Of a DNA stretch of 64,000 bases, positions 51,790 through 60,830 are shown piece after piece; position 1 is the stretch's first letter; each line of letters begins with the position of its first letter. Source of the stretch: Candidatus Uhrbacteria bacterium. Its GTDB lineage: Bacteria > Patescibacteriota > Patescibacteriia > UBA9934 > GWF2-40-263. A model generated the notes under the pieces. It searched no databases. It had not been told where the DNA came from and saw nothing but the letters and a program-made list of their open reading frames with translations. A program made the position numbers and the translations under genes. Location of the stretch: NCBI GenBank assembly GCA_026395055.1, contig JAPLZK010000002.1, positions 192,154 to 256,153 on the forward strand, read 5' to 3'.

Positions 51790-51849
51790 TCAAAAAACAC
51801 TCGTACATTCGTGCGGGTGTTTTCGTTTTCGGGTATACTATTGTTCGCT

Positions 51850-52329
51850 ATGTACTGTCCCGTTTGTAACCACAAAGACTCAAAAGTCATCGATTCTCGC
51901 ATGTCTACGGATGGCGCAAGTGTGCGCAGACGCAGAGAATGCGAAAAATGCGGATTCCGATTTTCCACCCTAGAAGAGTTGGAGCTTTTAGATTTAACGG
52001 TTGTGAAACGTGATGGTCGAAGAGAGACGTATTCTCGAGAAAAGATGATTCGCGGACTAGAACGCGCGCTCCAGAAACGTCCATATACAGACCAAGCCTT
52101 TCAAAGTCTTGTGCACAGAATTGAGCGTAACATTCAAAAAAAGACACACGGACAAATCACCACCGCCGAGCTTGGAGATATTGTCATGAACCAACTCAAG
52201 TCGTTTGATAAGGTTGCTTACATCCGATTCGCGTCTGTCTACAGATCTTTTGAAGATGTAAAAACATTCGAGCGAGAATTAAATAAACTCATCGGCACCA
52301 AGAAAACGCCTTCAAAGAAAAAACGCTAA
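51850..52329 (+). CDS. nrdR: Transcriptional repressor NrdR
   Basis: MYCPVCNHKDSKVIDSR...CEKCGFRFST zinc ribbon plus an ATP-cone. Confidence 0.9.
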   Translation: MYCPVCNHKDSKVIDSRMSTDGASVRRRRECEKCGFRFSTLEELELLDLTVVKRDGRRETYSREKMIRGLERALQKRPYTDQAFQSLVHRIERNIQKKTHGQITTAELGDIVMNQLKSFDKVAYIRFASVYRSFEDVKTFERELNKLIGTKKTPSKKKR

Positions 52330-52330
52330 T

Positions 52331-53530
52331 ATGAAAACCACTCGCCTTGTCGTCGTGTGTATTGTCCTCAGTCTTTTGTGTGGAGGAATTGGTGCGTGGG
52401 TTGTTGGAAGTGTGTATCCAAACATTCTTGCGCAATCAAAGGTTGGAGATAAAGTGGATCCAAAAAGCGCAACCAAGATCGTGAACTTAATCGAAGAAGA
52501 ACGCGCGACCATTCATGTTGTGGATGAAGTTACGCCAGCGGTCGTCAGCGTCATTGCTCGAAAATCACGTGCAGATGTTGTGAAGTTGTATCAGGATCAA
52601 TCATCACCATCTGATTTGGTTTTTTCAGACCCATCACTGAGTGAAGTAGAAGCAAAACAAATGGTTGACGTTTCAAGCGGCACCGGATTTTTTGTGGCGC
52701 AAGACGGATTAATTCTCACAAATCGCCACGTGATTGATGTTCCGGGTGCTTTGTTGTTTGTGGTAACGAATGAAGGAAAAGAACTGCCGGCAAAACTTAT
52801 TGATACGGATGCCGTTCTCGATATTGCTCTGTTGCGAGTTGAGGGAACAGGTTATCCTGTTGCAACGCTTGCGGACTCTGAACAGATTCGTATTGGGCAA
52901 ACGGTTATTGCCATCGGAAATACGCTTTCCGAATTTCGTAACACGGTTACAAAAGGAGTTGTGTCTGGAATTAACAGACGTGTCACAGCGGGATTTGCGG
53001 TAAGTGGATCGGAAGTTATTGAAAAAGCGATTCAAACAGATGCGGCGATTAATCCAGGAAACTCTGGTGGTCCACTCATCAATTTGGTCGGAGAAGTTAT
53101 TGGGGTGAATACGGCCGTGAGCTTTGATGGCCAAGCGGTCGCGTTTGCGATCCCGATCAATCAAGTGAAGCGCGCGATTGAAGACGTCAAATCCATTGGA
53201 CACATTGCGCGACCATGGCTTGGTGTTCATTACGTCCTTGTGACCGGAGAAACAGCAACGCCAAAATTTGCGTTCGGTACAAAATTAGTAAAAGGGGATG
53301 CTGTTGCAGACGCGGCAGTCTCGAAAGGTGGCCCTGCAGATGTGGCTGGTTTGAAAGCGGGAGATGTTCTCATTGCCGTTGATGGAACGGCGTTTGCCCA
53401 AGGAAAGGCATTGGCCGAATTGGTCACTCCTCATCGCGCAGGAGATAAAATAAAGATCCAATACATTCGAGACGGAAATCTTTTTGATACAATAGTCACG
53501 CTCGGCGACGCAGAACAAATTCAAAAATAA
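52331..53530 (+). CDS. htrA: HtrA/DegP-family serine protease with PDZ domain
   Basis: Trypsin-like catalytic triad context (LTNRHVID ... DIALLRV ... GNSGGPLIN) plus a C-terminal PDZ domain. Confidence 0.85.
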   Translation: MKTTRLVVVCIVLSLLCGGIGAWVVGSVYPNILAQSKVGDKVDPKSATKIVNLIEEERATIHVVDEVTPAVVSVIARKSRADVVKLYQDQSSPSDLVFSDPSLSEVEAKQMVDVSSGTGFFVAQDGLILTNRHVIDVPGALLFVVTNEGKELPAKLIDTDAVLDIALLRVEGTGYPVATLADSEQIRIGQTVIAIGNTLSEFRNTVTKGVVSGINRRVTAGFAVSGSEVIEKAIQTDAAINPGNSGGPLINLVGEVIGVNTAVSFDGQAVAFAIPINQVKRAIEDVKSIGHIARPWLGVHYVLVTGETATPKFAFGTKLVKGDAVADAAVSKGGPADVAGLKAGDVLIAVDGTAFAQGKALAELVTPHRAGDKIKIQYIRDGNLFDTIVTLGDAEQIQK

Positions 53531-53538
53531 GTACATGT

Positions 53539-54936
53539 ATGAAACGCACAAAAATTGTTTGCACCATTGGTCCAGCCTCTGACAAAGAATCCACACTCAC
53601 CTCCATGATGAAAGCAGGAATGGATGTTGCTCGTTTGAATTTTTCACACGGGACACACGCCGGTCATGCAAAGCTGTTACGTCTGGTTCGAAAGACCGCA
53701 AAGAAATTGAATAAGCCAATTGCCGTGATCGGGGATCTTCAAGGTCCAAAAATTCGTTTAGGTGTTTTGCCGGATGCAGGTGTTTCCGTTCCGACAGGAT
53801 CCATGGTCGTTCTTTCTACAGCATCCACAACGTATAAAGCAGGATTCATTCCTGTCACCTACACAAATCTCCACAAGGATGTAAAAGTCGGAAATCGTAT
53901 TTTGATTGATGATGGTCTTCTTGAAGGAGAGGTGACACAGGTTTCCGGAAAGAATATTCACATGAAAATGAAAAATGGCGGAACGGTAACGTCTCATAAA
54001 GGAATGAACTTTCCCGATTCAACGCTCAAGGTTTCGTCTCTTACAGAGAAAGACCGAGACGATGTGAAGTTTGGTGTTCTACAAGAAGTAGATTGGATGG
54101 CACTTTCGTTTGTGACGTCCGCGGCCGACGTAAGGCTTCTTCGAAAACTCATCAAAGCTGCCGCAAAGCCAGGACAGGTTCTTCCTCGCATTATCGTGAA
54201 GATTGAAAAACATGAGGCGATCGAGAATTTTGATGAGATCATGAAGGCGACAGATGCGGTCATGGTTGCACGTGGTGATCTTGGTGTCGAGATTCCCGCA
54301 GAAGAAGTTCCAGTTCGTCAAAAAGAAATGATTGAGAAATGTCGCAACGCAGGAAAGCCTGTTGTCGTTGCAACACAAATGCTTGACTCCATGATTCGCA
54401 ATCCTCGCCCAACACGTGCGGAAGTTTCGGACGTAGCAAACGCGGTGTTTGATCACGCAGATGGTGTTATGCTTTCGGGTGAGTCTGCGTCGGGGAAGTA
54501 CCCACTCGCTGCGGTAAAAATGATGGCACAAATTGTGGTAGAAGCAGAAGGATCAAAGTTTGATGATGTTCCGTTGTCTGTAGAGCCACCAGCAGATCAA
54601 CCAGCATCGGTTGCACATGCAATCAAATTACTTGCGATGCAAGGCTCTATCGACGGCGTGCTCGTCTCACAAGAACTCGCACCATGGTCGGAAACCGTTT
54701 TGCGATCTCATCCAGAGATTCCATTGTTTCTTGCCGTGCCAAATAAACAACTTGAACAACAAACAGTCTTGCGTTGGAGTGCGATGCCGTTTGTCCTTAA
54801 GCACGCGAATGAGAAAACATTTTTGAAGCGAGCGCTCCTTGAACTCAAGAAAAAGAAATGGACCAAGAAGGGAATGAAGCTTGCGGTGATTATGGGTGGA
54901 TCCCACGGAGAAGGATTTGACCATGTGGTCGTTTAA
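53539..54936 (+). CDS. pyk: Pyruvate kinase
   Basis: MKRTKIVCTIGPAS...ARLNFSHG...MVARGDLGVEIP...; 465 aa. Confidence 0.9.
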   Translation: MKRTKIVCTIGPASDKESTLTSMMKAGMDVARLNFSHGTHAGHAKLLRLVRKTAKKLNKPIAVIGDLQGPKIRLGVLPDAGVSVPTGSMVVLSTASTTYKAGFIPVTYTNLHKDVKVGNRILIDDGLLEGEVTQVSGKNIHMKMKNGGTVTSHKGMNFPDSTLKVSSLTEKDRDDVKFGVLQEVDWMALSFVTSAADVRLLRKLIKAAAKPGQVLPRIIVKIEKHEAIENFDEIMKATDAVMVARGDLGVEIPAEEVPVRQKEMIEKCRNAGKPVVVATQMLDSMIRNPRPTRAEVSDVANAVFDHADGVMLSGESASGKYPLAAVKMMAQIVVEAEGSKFDDVPLSVEPPADQPASVAHAIKLLAMQGSIDGVLVSQELAPWSETVLRSHPEIPLFLAVPNKQLEQQTVLRWSAMPFVLKHANEKTFLKRALLELKKKKWTKKGMKLAVIMGGSHGEGFDHVVV

Positions 54937-54945
54937 CGGTAAGAC

Positions 54946-54977
54946 AAAGAGGAAGCGTCATGCTTCCTCTTTTTTGT
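54946..54977 (+). terminator. Rho-independent terminator after pyk
   Basis: agaggaagc-gtcat-gcttcctct followed by tttttg. Confidence 0.75.
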
Positions 54978-54985
54978 TTCCAAGC

Positions 54986-55018
54986 TCTCCCCCTGCAAAG
55001 GGGGAGTTGGAGGGGGTT
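54986..55018 (+). repeat. Second copy of the GC-rich hairpin element found in dprA (CTCCCCC-TGCAAAGG-GGGAG-TTGG-AGGGGG-TT)
   Basis: Aligns position by position with the right arm of the dprA palindrome (23909-23940), with compensatory changes that preserve the CCCC/GGGG stem. It ends 3 nt before the ATG at 55022 and supplies the GGAGGGGG Shine-Dalgarno. Confidence 0.7.
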
Positions 55019-55021
55019 CCC

Positions 55022-55291
55022 ATGTATCGCATACATTCGCTCATTCTTCTTCTGCTCGCATCTTGCGCGGCAAACGTGATTCAGACACGTGATCGATCGG
55101 TCGTGTGTAAACGAGATGGGCGTATTGAGCTTAGCTCTGTGATTGACCCACAGGTCTACATCTTGGTTTTTACACGCGAGCATTATGAGTTGCGGCTCGT
55201 GGATTCGCACCGTGCGGTTGCAAAATATGACCAATGTTACATGGAAATTTTTCCACCACCTACGTTTGTGGAACACCCTGACACTCGATAA
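55022..55291 (+). CDS. Small putative lipoprotein
   Basis: MYRIHSLILLLLASCAAN has a lipobox-like LASC; 89 aa. Confidence 0.45.
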   Translation: MYRIHSLILLLLASCAANVIQTRDRSVVCKRDGRIELSSVIDPQVYILVFTREHYELRLVDSHRAVAKYDQCYMEIFPPPTFVEHPDTR

Positions 55292-55394
55292 CATCGAGTG
55301 TTTTTCATTGACAATCTTTCGAAAATCGACTAGGATCATCAATCCTCAGCGTTGGGGATACAGGCGCACAATTCCAACAATTGGAGGTGAATTC

Positions 55395-55916
55395 ATGCGT
55401 ACGTTCCTTTTGATCCTTTCTCTTTGCTGCCTCGCGGCGTGCGAGCAAACCATAAATGCGGACGGATCACCGCTTCCGCCTCTTGTAAAGTGCAAACCCA
55501 CGTGGGATCAGCGCGCGCTCACAAATTGGCGTCAGCGTGAGTGTACGAGTGGACCAAACAAAGACCAGTGTGTGCCCATGGGGCGCACGACAATCCTGGT
55601 CGAGTTTGTTCATGACGGCTGCCGTTCCTTCAAAGAGACGATTGACTATCAAGCTTCGCTCATTCAGGGGTATTCTCCGAATCATGCGTTCGTCTTGGTG
55701 ACCGCATCGTCAGACGCGCTCACGCGCAGTTTGTTCGATCATGGAATGTACATTGGCGCTCCGTGTCGTGCGTTCTTTTTCGACGATACTATGAAGCCAG
55801 ATCGCAAGCTTCCAAACGAAGATCAATGGTTCGTTGAGTTGTGCAAAGACGCAACGTCCGTATCTCAATTCGAGTGCGGAAGTCAGTTGGCAGACAAACG
55901 GTTGTACACGCCATGA
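55395..55916 (+). CDS. Putative lipoprotein, paralog A of a tandem pair
   Basis: MRTFLLILSLCCLAACEQ lipobox. Shares KPTW...C.PMGRTTILVEFVH(D/N)GCR...LIQGY...SDALTR.L(F/Y)D...PCR.FF..D...PNEDQ.FVELCKD.TSV..EC.SQL..K.LY.P with the next gene. AGGTG RBS. Confidence 0.6.
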   Translation: MRTFLLILSLCCLAACEQTINADGSPLPPLVKCKPTWDQRALTNWRQRECTSGPNKDQCVPMGRTTILVEFVHDGCRSFKETIDYQASLIQGYSPNHAFVLVTASSDALTRSLFDHGMYIGAPCRAFFFDDTMKPDRKLPNEDQWFVELCKDATSVSQFECGSQLADKRLYTP

Positions 55917-55936
55917 TGCGTGTAAGGGGGATGTAC

Positions 55937-56512
55937 ATGTTTCTGCGATGCGCACTCATGTTGTTCTTGCTCATTCCGTGTGCGTGCAGGCGTCCTGTTC
56001 AGGGATTGCTCTCTCATGCGCACGCGTGTGAATCGAATACGTGCCTTCCAACACCCGAGCCGCAACCTCCCCCACCGCCCGCAACGATCAAAAGCAAACC
56101 TACGTGGGCAACGCGTACGTTTAATAGTTGGTTACAGGTGACGTGTCCGCGTGACGGGAGTAAATGTTTGCCGATGGGGCGTACGACAATCCTTGTGGAG
56201 TTTGTTCACAACGGGTGTCGTGAGTTCCAACATCAGATCGACAACCAATCCGAACTGATTCAGGGATACGCCGCAGAACACAATTTCCTGATTGTCACTG
56301 CCGCTTCGGACGCACTCACACGAGCGCTGTATGATTCCGATCGTGTCTTTGAACCGCCTTGTCGTGTTTTTTTCTACAACGACCTGCCAAAAGCGGATCA
56401 GCAGATTCCAAACGAAGATCAGCAGTTCGTTGAACTGTGTAAGGACGATACGTCTGTCACAGATGGCGAATGTCGCTCGCAGCTGAACGCGAAGAAACTT
56501 TACGCACCCTAG
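55937..56512 (+). CDS. Putative lipoprotein, paralog B (tandem duplicate)
   Basis: MFLRCALMLFLLIPCAC signal, then a Pro-rich PEPQPPPPPA stretch. About 55% identical to paralog A over ~140 aa by eye. Start at 55931 or 55937. Confidence 0.6.
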   Translation: MFLRCALMLFLLIPCACRRPVQGLLSHAHACESNTCLPTPEPQPPPPPATIKSKPTWATRTFNSWLQVTCPRDGSKCLPMGRTTILVEFVHNGCREFQHQIDNQSELIQGYAAEHNFLIVTAASDALTRALYDSDRVFEPPCRVFFYNDLPKADQQIPNEDQQFVELCKDDTSVTDGECRSQLNAKKLYAP

Positions 56513-56542
56513 CCGCCTTTACAAAGAGGCGGTTTTTTTGTT
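56513..56542 (+). terminator. Rho-independent terminator
   Basis: gccgcc-tttacaaaga-ggcggt followed by ttttttg. Confidence 0.75.
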
Positions 56543-56590
56543 ACCGTCTACGTAGACTCTCATGACGATCTACAAAGAGGGGAGGGTGTC

Positions 56591-57232
56591 ATGGCGACGA
56601 TCATTCAGCTCTTTGTAAAGCAGCTGATTCCACCACGCATCAAGTTGTTTGATGTGCGTGATGCAACTTCGGCCGCATGGGGCAAGCATCTCGGTCAAAA
56701 ACTTCCGTTGGTTCATGTCTATCATGGAGAGTTCGGAGATTTGGCGCGAGACATGGACGCAATTGTTGTTCCAACGAACAGTGTTGGTTCTCTTGCAAAA
56801 GAATTTGTTGATTACTTCGGTGATCCAATTCTTGAACGGCGTCTTCGTTCCATTGTACGTAGTCGGTATTCTGGCAAGCTGCTCATGGGGCAGGCGGTAC
56901 TGATTGCAACCAACAGTCCGCAATTTCCGTATCTGATCTGCACGCCGTTCGTGCGTTCAGATGGCATTTGTGGCAACGAGCCTACGAATGCGTATGTCAT
57001 CATGCGTGCAATCCTGGAACTTTGGCGATACGGTCGATACAAACGTCGAGTCGTCCGTCGTCTTGTGAAATCCATTGCTGTTCCGTTTCTGGCTCCAGAG
57101 ACGGGAATGTTTCCATTCGACATGATTGCAAAGGAACAGCTGAGGGCTCTTTCAGAATTTTACACAACCTGCTCAGAGTCACAGCGCAGACACGCACACC
57201 TTTCCCTCGTGCCAGATCTTGGCAAAGCCTGA
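56591..57232 (+). CDS. Macro-domain (ADP-ribose binding/processing) protein, paralog A
   Basis: LVHVYHGEFGDLARDMDAIVVPTNSVGSLAKEF resembles the macro-domain N-terminal motif (GDIT...[11 protein letters not shown]). GGGGAGGG RBS before the ATG. Confidence 0.55.
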   Translation: MATIIQLFVKQLIPPRIKLFDVRDATSAAWGKHLGQKLPLVHVYHGEFGDLARDMDAIVVPTNSVGSLAKEFVDYFGDPILERRLRSIVRSRYSGKLLMGQAVLIATNSPQFPYLICTPFVRSDGICGNEPTNAYVIMRAILELWRYGRYKRRVVRRLVKSIAVPFLAPETGMFPFDMIAKEQLRALSEFYTTCSESQRRHAHLSLVPDLGKA

Positions 57233-57256
57233 CCCGATCTTCTCGGGTTTTTTTAT
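57233..57256 (+). terminator. Rho-independent terminator (CCCGA-TCTTCT-TCGGG + T-run)
   Basis: Hairpin immediately after the stop. Near-identical copy after paralog B. Confidence 0.75.
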
Positions 57257-57338
57257 TTTGTTCAGTACGGGTACCCTTTACGCAAAGACAACTTTTTGTT
57301 ACTGTCTTCTCGCGTTTATTCGCAACAAAGGAGATCTT

Positions 57339-58001
57339 ATGCTTCGCTCTGCTTCTGGTGTGCCAGGTTTCCCAACAATTGTTTTCTTCGATCTTCAACC
57401 GAGTCTGTGTGCCGCTTGGAGTAAGCTCCTTGCGACCGAGCAGATAGAAAACGTACGTATTCATTGTGGAAGATTTCTGGATCTTTCCGCCGATGCAATT
57501 GTGAGTCCTGCGAACAGTTATGGATTCATGGACGGCGGCATTGATCGTTCGTACTCAGATTTTTTTGGATGGGATCTTCAAAAGATTCTGCAAAAAGAAA
57601 TTGAACTGAAACATCATGGAGAGCTCCTTGTTGGGCAGGCGGAGATGATTGCTACATCAAATGCATCGTTTCCATATCTGATTGCGGCACCGACCATGCG
57701 TGTCCCAATGGTTCTGGGTCCCATAACCGTGAATCCATACCTTGCTATGCGCGCCGTGCTTCTGCTTTGGAAACACGGAATGCACAACGGAAGGAGAGTT
57801 TGCGAGTTCGTTCAATCGATCGCGGTTCCTGGGTTTGCAACCGGAATTGGTCGCGTTCCTCCGGACGTTTGCGCGCGTCAGCAATTCCAGGCTGTGCGTG
57901 AGATGCGTATCTCGCCTTCGTACCCAAACTCCTGGCATGATGCACAGACCAAGCATCAACTTCTCTACACGGATCTTACGTACGATCTTCAGCAGGACTA
58001 G
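57339..58001 (+). CDS. Macro-domain protein, paralog B (tandem duplicate)
   Basis: IHCGRFLDLSADAIVSPANSYGFMDGGIDRSYSDFFG fits the macro-domain motif better than paralog A ([22 protein letters not shown]). AAGGAG RBS 7 nt before the ATG at 57339. Confidence 0.65.
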   Translation: MLRSASGVPGFPTIVFFDLQPSLCAAWSKLLATEQIENVRIHCGRFLDLSADAIVSPANSYGFMDGGIDRSYSDFFGWDLQKILQKEIELKHHGELLVGQAEMIATSNASFPYLIAAPTMRVPMVLGPITVNPYLAMRAVLLLWKHGMHNGRRVCEFVQSIAVPGFATGIGRVPPDVCARQQFQAVREMRISPSYPNSWHDAQTKHQLLYTDLTYDLQQD

Positions 58002-58025
58002 CCCGATCTCTTCGGGTTTTTTGTT
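58002..58025 (+). terminator. Rho-independent terminator (CCCGA-TCTCT-TCGGG + T-run), duplicate of 57233-57256
   Basis: Same stem as the terminator after paralog A. Confidence 0.75.
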
Positions 58026-58083
58026 TGCAACGATTCGTTTAAGTCTGCGATATACCTCTGTTAAGTATTCTAATTTTTGTTTT

Positions 58084-58626
58084 ATGAACAAAACACAAGT
58101 ATTTCGTACGGCGGTCGGTATTGCGGCAACAGCGTCCATGCTCATGACAGGAACAGCGTTTGCTGCTCCAAAGGACATGAAGGTTCCGGGTCGCCCAGTT
58201 ATGCATGTACAAACAAAGGGAGTATCTGAAGATCATCTCGTTGGAAAAATTGCTGCTGTAAATGGTTCGGGCTTTACGGTCACTCGTTTAGCCATGAAGA
58301 AAGATGCACCTACGACAGCTTCCTCTGTTCATACAACGGATTCCACAAAATTCATGAAAGACGGAAAAGCAGCAACACTCGCAGATGTTGCAACGGGTCA
58401 AATGGTTGTCGTCTCAGGAACAATTGATAAAGCGACGTCCGTCATGGCGGCAACAAGTGTAAAAATCACATCAGGAAAACCTATGTCAGATGTTATACTT
58501 AAGAAAGACACACTTAAGAATCCTGTCTTGAAGACAAAAATGAAACCTGGTGTCATGAAGGCAAAAGGGGATGACGTGAAAGGAAAGGGAGTAAACAAAG
58601 AAAAGACCGCTCCTGTTCAGAAGTAA
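58084..58626 (+). CDS. Hypothetical secreted protein
   Basis: Signal peptide MNKTQVFRTAVGIAATASMLMTGTAFAAP; Lys-rich; 180 aa. Confidence 0.5.
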   Translation: MNKTQVFRTAVGIAATASMLMTGTAFAAPKDMKVPGRPVMHVQTKGVSEDHLVGKIAAVNGSGFTVTRLAMKKDAPTTASSVHTTDSTKFMKDGKAATLADVATGQMVVVSGTIDKATSVMAATSVKITSGKPMSDVILKKDTLKNPVLKTKMKPGVMKAKGDDVKGKGVNKEKTAPVQK

Positions 58627-58630
58627 GATA

Positions 58631-58664
58631 AAAAACACAGCCCTATGAGGCTGTGTTTTTTTTG
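58631..58664 (+). terminator. Rho-independent terminator
   Basis: acacagcc-ctatga-ggctgtgt followed by tttttttg. Confidence 0.75.
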
Positions 58665-58678
58665 AACAAATCTTTGGC

Positions 58679-58756
58679 TGGCGGACCGGACGGGATTCGA
58701 ACCCGCGATCTTCTCCGTGACAGGGAGACGTGTTAACCGGGCTACACCACCAGTCC
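58679..58756 (-). tRNA. tRNA-Asp (GTC)
   Basis: Reverse complement GGACTGG-TG-GTGTAGCC...TCTCC-CTGTCAC-GGAGA...GCGGG-TTCGAAT-CCCGT-CCGGTCC-G-CCA; anticodon GUC. Confidence 0.85.
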
Positions 58757-58789
58757 AACAGCCACAGATTTGTTCCGAAATGTGACGAA

Positions 58790-58818
58790 ATAATAGCATG
58801 GGGCTTGTTCGAATGCAA
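58790..58818 (-). promoter_or_regulatory. Sigma70-like promoter for tRNA-Asp (minus strand): TTGCAT-17 nt-TATTAT
   Basis: Minus-strand reading ttgcat tcgaacaagccccatgc tattat, about 33 nt upstream of the tRNA 5' end. Confidence 0.5.
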
Positions 58819-58832
58819 GGGGTTCCTCTCCC

Positions 58833-58860
58833 CCTAAAACCCTAGGATTGCCTAGGGTTT
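58833..58860. terminator. Bidirectional terminator after the minus-strand pseudouridine synthase gene
   Basis: aaaaccctagg-attgc-ctagggtttatttg. Confidence 0.65.
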
Positions 58861-59647
58861 ATTTGCCGGCTTGTCTATTTCGCGCGAGTTTCTTTTTTTT
58901 GTTTGCTGTCCAGGGTTTTTGTTTTGCGTGGGTTTCTTGGACCGTGATTCCTGCCGCTTTCTTTAATTCATCAATTTCTGATTCCATGAGTGGGCGCCAG
59001 TTGCCAACAGGATAGGTGGAAATCATTTTGAGTGTGAGGATTCGGGAGCGCATGAGTGTTTCAACTTCGTACCCAAGAGCCATACACATACGACGAATCA
59101 AATCTTGTTTTGATTCAGAAAGAATGATGGCGAATCGGCGAGGATCAAGTTGACGTGCTTTTGTTGGTTTGGTCATTCCATCTTTTAGCTGGATGCCGTT
59201 TTGTAATTTAATGATGTCTCCGCGAGGGATTGGCTTGTCTACTTCAACCACAAACTCTTGGTCGAGGGTGTATTTTGGTAATGACAATCGTTTAGAAAAA
59301 AAGGAATCGTTTGTGAGGATGAGGAGACCTTCATCACGCGTACTCATTTCTCCGACGGGAAAAAATGCTTGTTTCAAATCAACAAGGTCGTAAATGTTGT
59401 GTTCCACTTTTTTGTTTAAAGAAATTCCTGCTGGTTTATTCATGAGCAAATAAACGCGACTTGTGCTCTTTTGTCCTCGGTCTCGTCCGTTGACGCGAAC
59501 CGTGTCTTCGTCCCCAACTCTGTCTCCAAGTTTTGCAGGTTTGTTATTCAAAAAAACATTACCAGACGCAATTAAACGGTCCGCTTCACGGCGTGAGCAG
59601 TAATGCTGATCAGCAAGATATTTGTTAATGCGGACTGGTTCGGACAT
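58859..59647 (-). CDS. rluB: RNA pseudouridine synthase, RsuA/RluB family (S4 domain + PseudoU_synth_2)
   Basis: S4 domain RINKYLADQHYCSRREADRLIASGNV and catalytic region LLMNKPAGISLN...RDEGLLILTND. Start trimmed to MSEPVRINKY. Confidence 0.8.
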   Translation of the reverse strand: MSEPVRINKYLADQHYCSRREADRLIASGNVFLNNKPAKLGDRVGDEDTVRVNGRDRGQKSTSRVYLLMNKPAGISLNKKVEHNIYDLVDLKQAFFPVGEMSTRDEGLLILTNDSFFSKRLSLPKYTLDQEFVVEVDKPIPRGDIIKLQNGIQLKDGMTKPTKARQLDPRRFAIILSESKQDLIRRMCMALGYEVETLMRSRILTLKMISTYPVGNWRPLMESEIDELKKAAGITVQETHAKQKPWTANKKKKLARNRQAGK

Positions 59648-59742
59648 ATGCGTGTGAGGATAGTCGATAAAAGGGATTTTGGCAACAGAAAATATCTCAC
59701 AAAAAAAGATGTTCGATTTTGTCGAACATCCGTAAGAGGAGT

Positions 59743-60660
59743 CTAGTCTAGATTTACTTCCCATTGACGCTCGGCACCAGATGGTGCGTGCACTTCGGGC
59801 TGGGGGGGTCTTGGGATGGTCAGTGCTTCCAAAGTTGGTTTCACGGGCGCAATGGGCGCTTGAGGAGCAACCGTGGCTTGTTCTGCGGGAGGAGCAATGA
59901 TCTGTGTTTCCGGAGGGGGAGTCGCGACCTCGGGAGAATTGATTGTATCCGTATTGCTCACAGTGTCCGGTGTATTGTTGGTCACTGGTGCAGAGGGTTG
60001 TGCTTTCGGTTGTGCAGCAACAGCTCGCGGCTTCTTGCTGAAGTGTTGCATACCGCCAAGGATCGCCACAGATGCAAGGACAATCAGTGCGACCAAGCGG
60101 AGCGGATGGCTTTGTTTGGGAGCGCTCGGCGGAATTGGTGGAGGTGTGATGGGTGTGGCTGCGACCGCAGGCGCTTTGCTTGCAGATGCAACGGTTGCGA
60201 TCGGAGTTCCTGCGCCAGCAGCCGGAGTGCTTGGTAGTGGCACAAGACCGGCAGGCTTCACAATCGAAAGGGTTGCGGCGGGTGTGGGGGCGGTAATCGG
60301 AGTCGCCGCAGACTTCGTTTCGACAACAGGTGTCATCGCAGCCACAGTTACCGTTTCTTCTTCTCGGGTCGTGGGATCGTCTCTTTTTTCAACAGCAAGC
60401 GGAAAAGCACCGGCTGCACTGAATCCGTCTCGAGAGGTGAACTTCAGGACCGCGCGATGGTTCGCCTTTTCGTCCACAGACTCGATTTCAAGCAGATGCC
60501 TTTCGAAGATGATCGAGCCCTCAACGAGCGAAATCATCAGGTATTTGTCTCCAACGACCGCAAGAGGTTTCTTTTGGTTGTCCAGCCCTTCAATGACGAA
60601 TTCGGCCTCAAAGGCACGGTTCGGTTTTGGGTCCGGGGAAAAAAAGAATGTCCTTGGCAT
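59743..60660 (-). CDS. Hypothetical membrane protein with Pro/Ala/Thr-rich region
   Basis: ~95-aa N-terminal globular domain, long P/A/T-rich low-complexity linker, and one TM helix (LRLVALIVLASVAILGG). Confidence 0.45.
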   Translation of the reverse strand: MPRTFFFSPDPKPNRAFEAEFVIEGLDNQKKPLAVVGDKYLMISLVEGSIIFERHLLEIESVDEKANHRAVLKFTSRDGFSAAGAFPLAVEKRDDPTTREEETVTVAAMTPVVETKSAATPITAPTPAATLSIVKPAGLVPLPSTPAAGAGTPIATVASASKAPAVAATPITPPPIPPSAPKQSHPLRLVALIVLASVAILGGMQHFSKKPRAVAAQPKAQPSAPVTNNTPDTVSNTDTINSPEVATPPPETQIIAPPAEQATVAPQAPIAPVKPTLEALTIPRPPQPEVHAPSGAERQWEVNLD

Positions 60661-60796
60661 GGAAGCCTCCCTTGTAGCACTGTGTTTCGCGACGCCTTTC
60701 GACGCGAAGTCCGAAATCAGATGGACGCGTTAAACTATCACGAAAACGACGCAAAGTCAAGGTGCGTTGCTTGTGAGAGAGTAAGAAGGGAAAACA

Positions 60797-60830
60797 AAAA
60801 CCACCTGTTTCCAGGTGGTTTATTTTTATT
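60797..60830. terminator. Bidirectional terminator after rplT
   Basis: aaaaaccacctg-tttc-caggtggtttattttt. Confidence 0.7.

Noticed and set aside
56570-56592. Possible third copy of the GC-rich hairpin element upstream of the first macro-domain gene (caaagaggggagggtgtcATG)
   Set aside because: Only the CAAAG-GGGGAGGG half resembles the element and the 5' CCCC stem partner is missing. It is more simply a G-rich Shine-Dalgarno.
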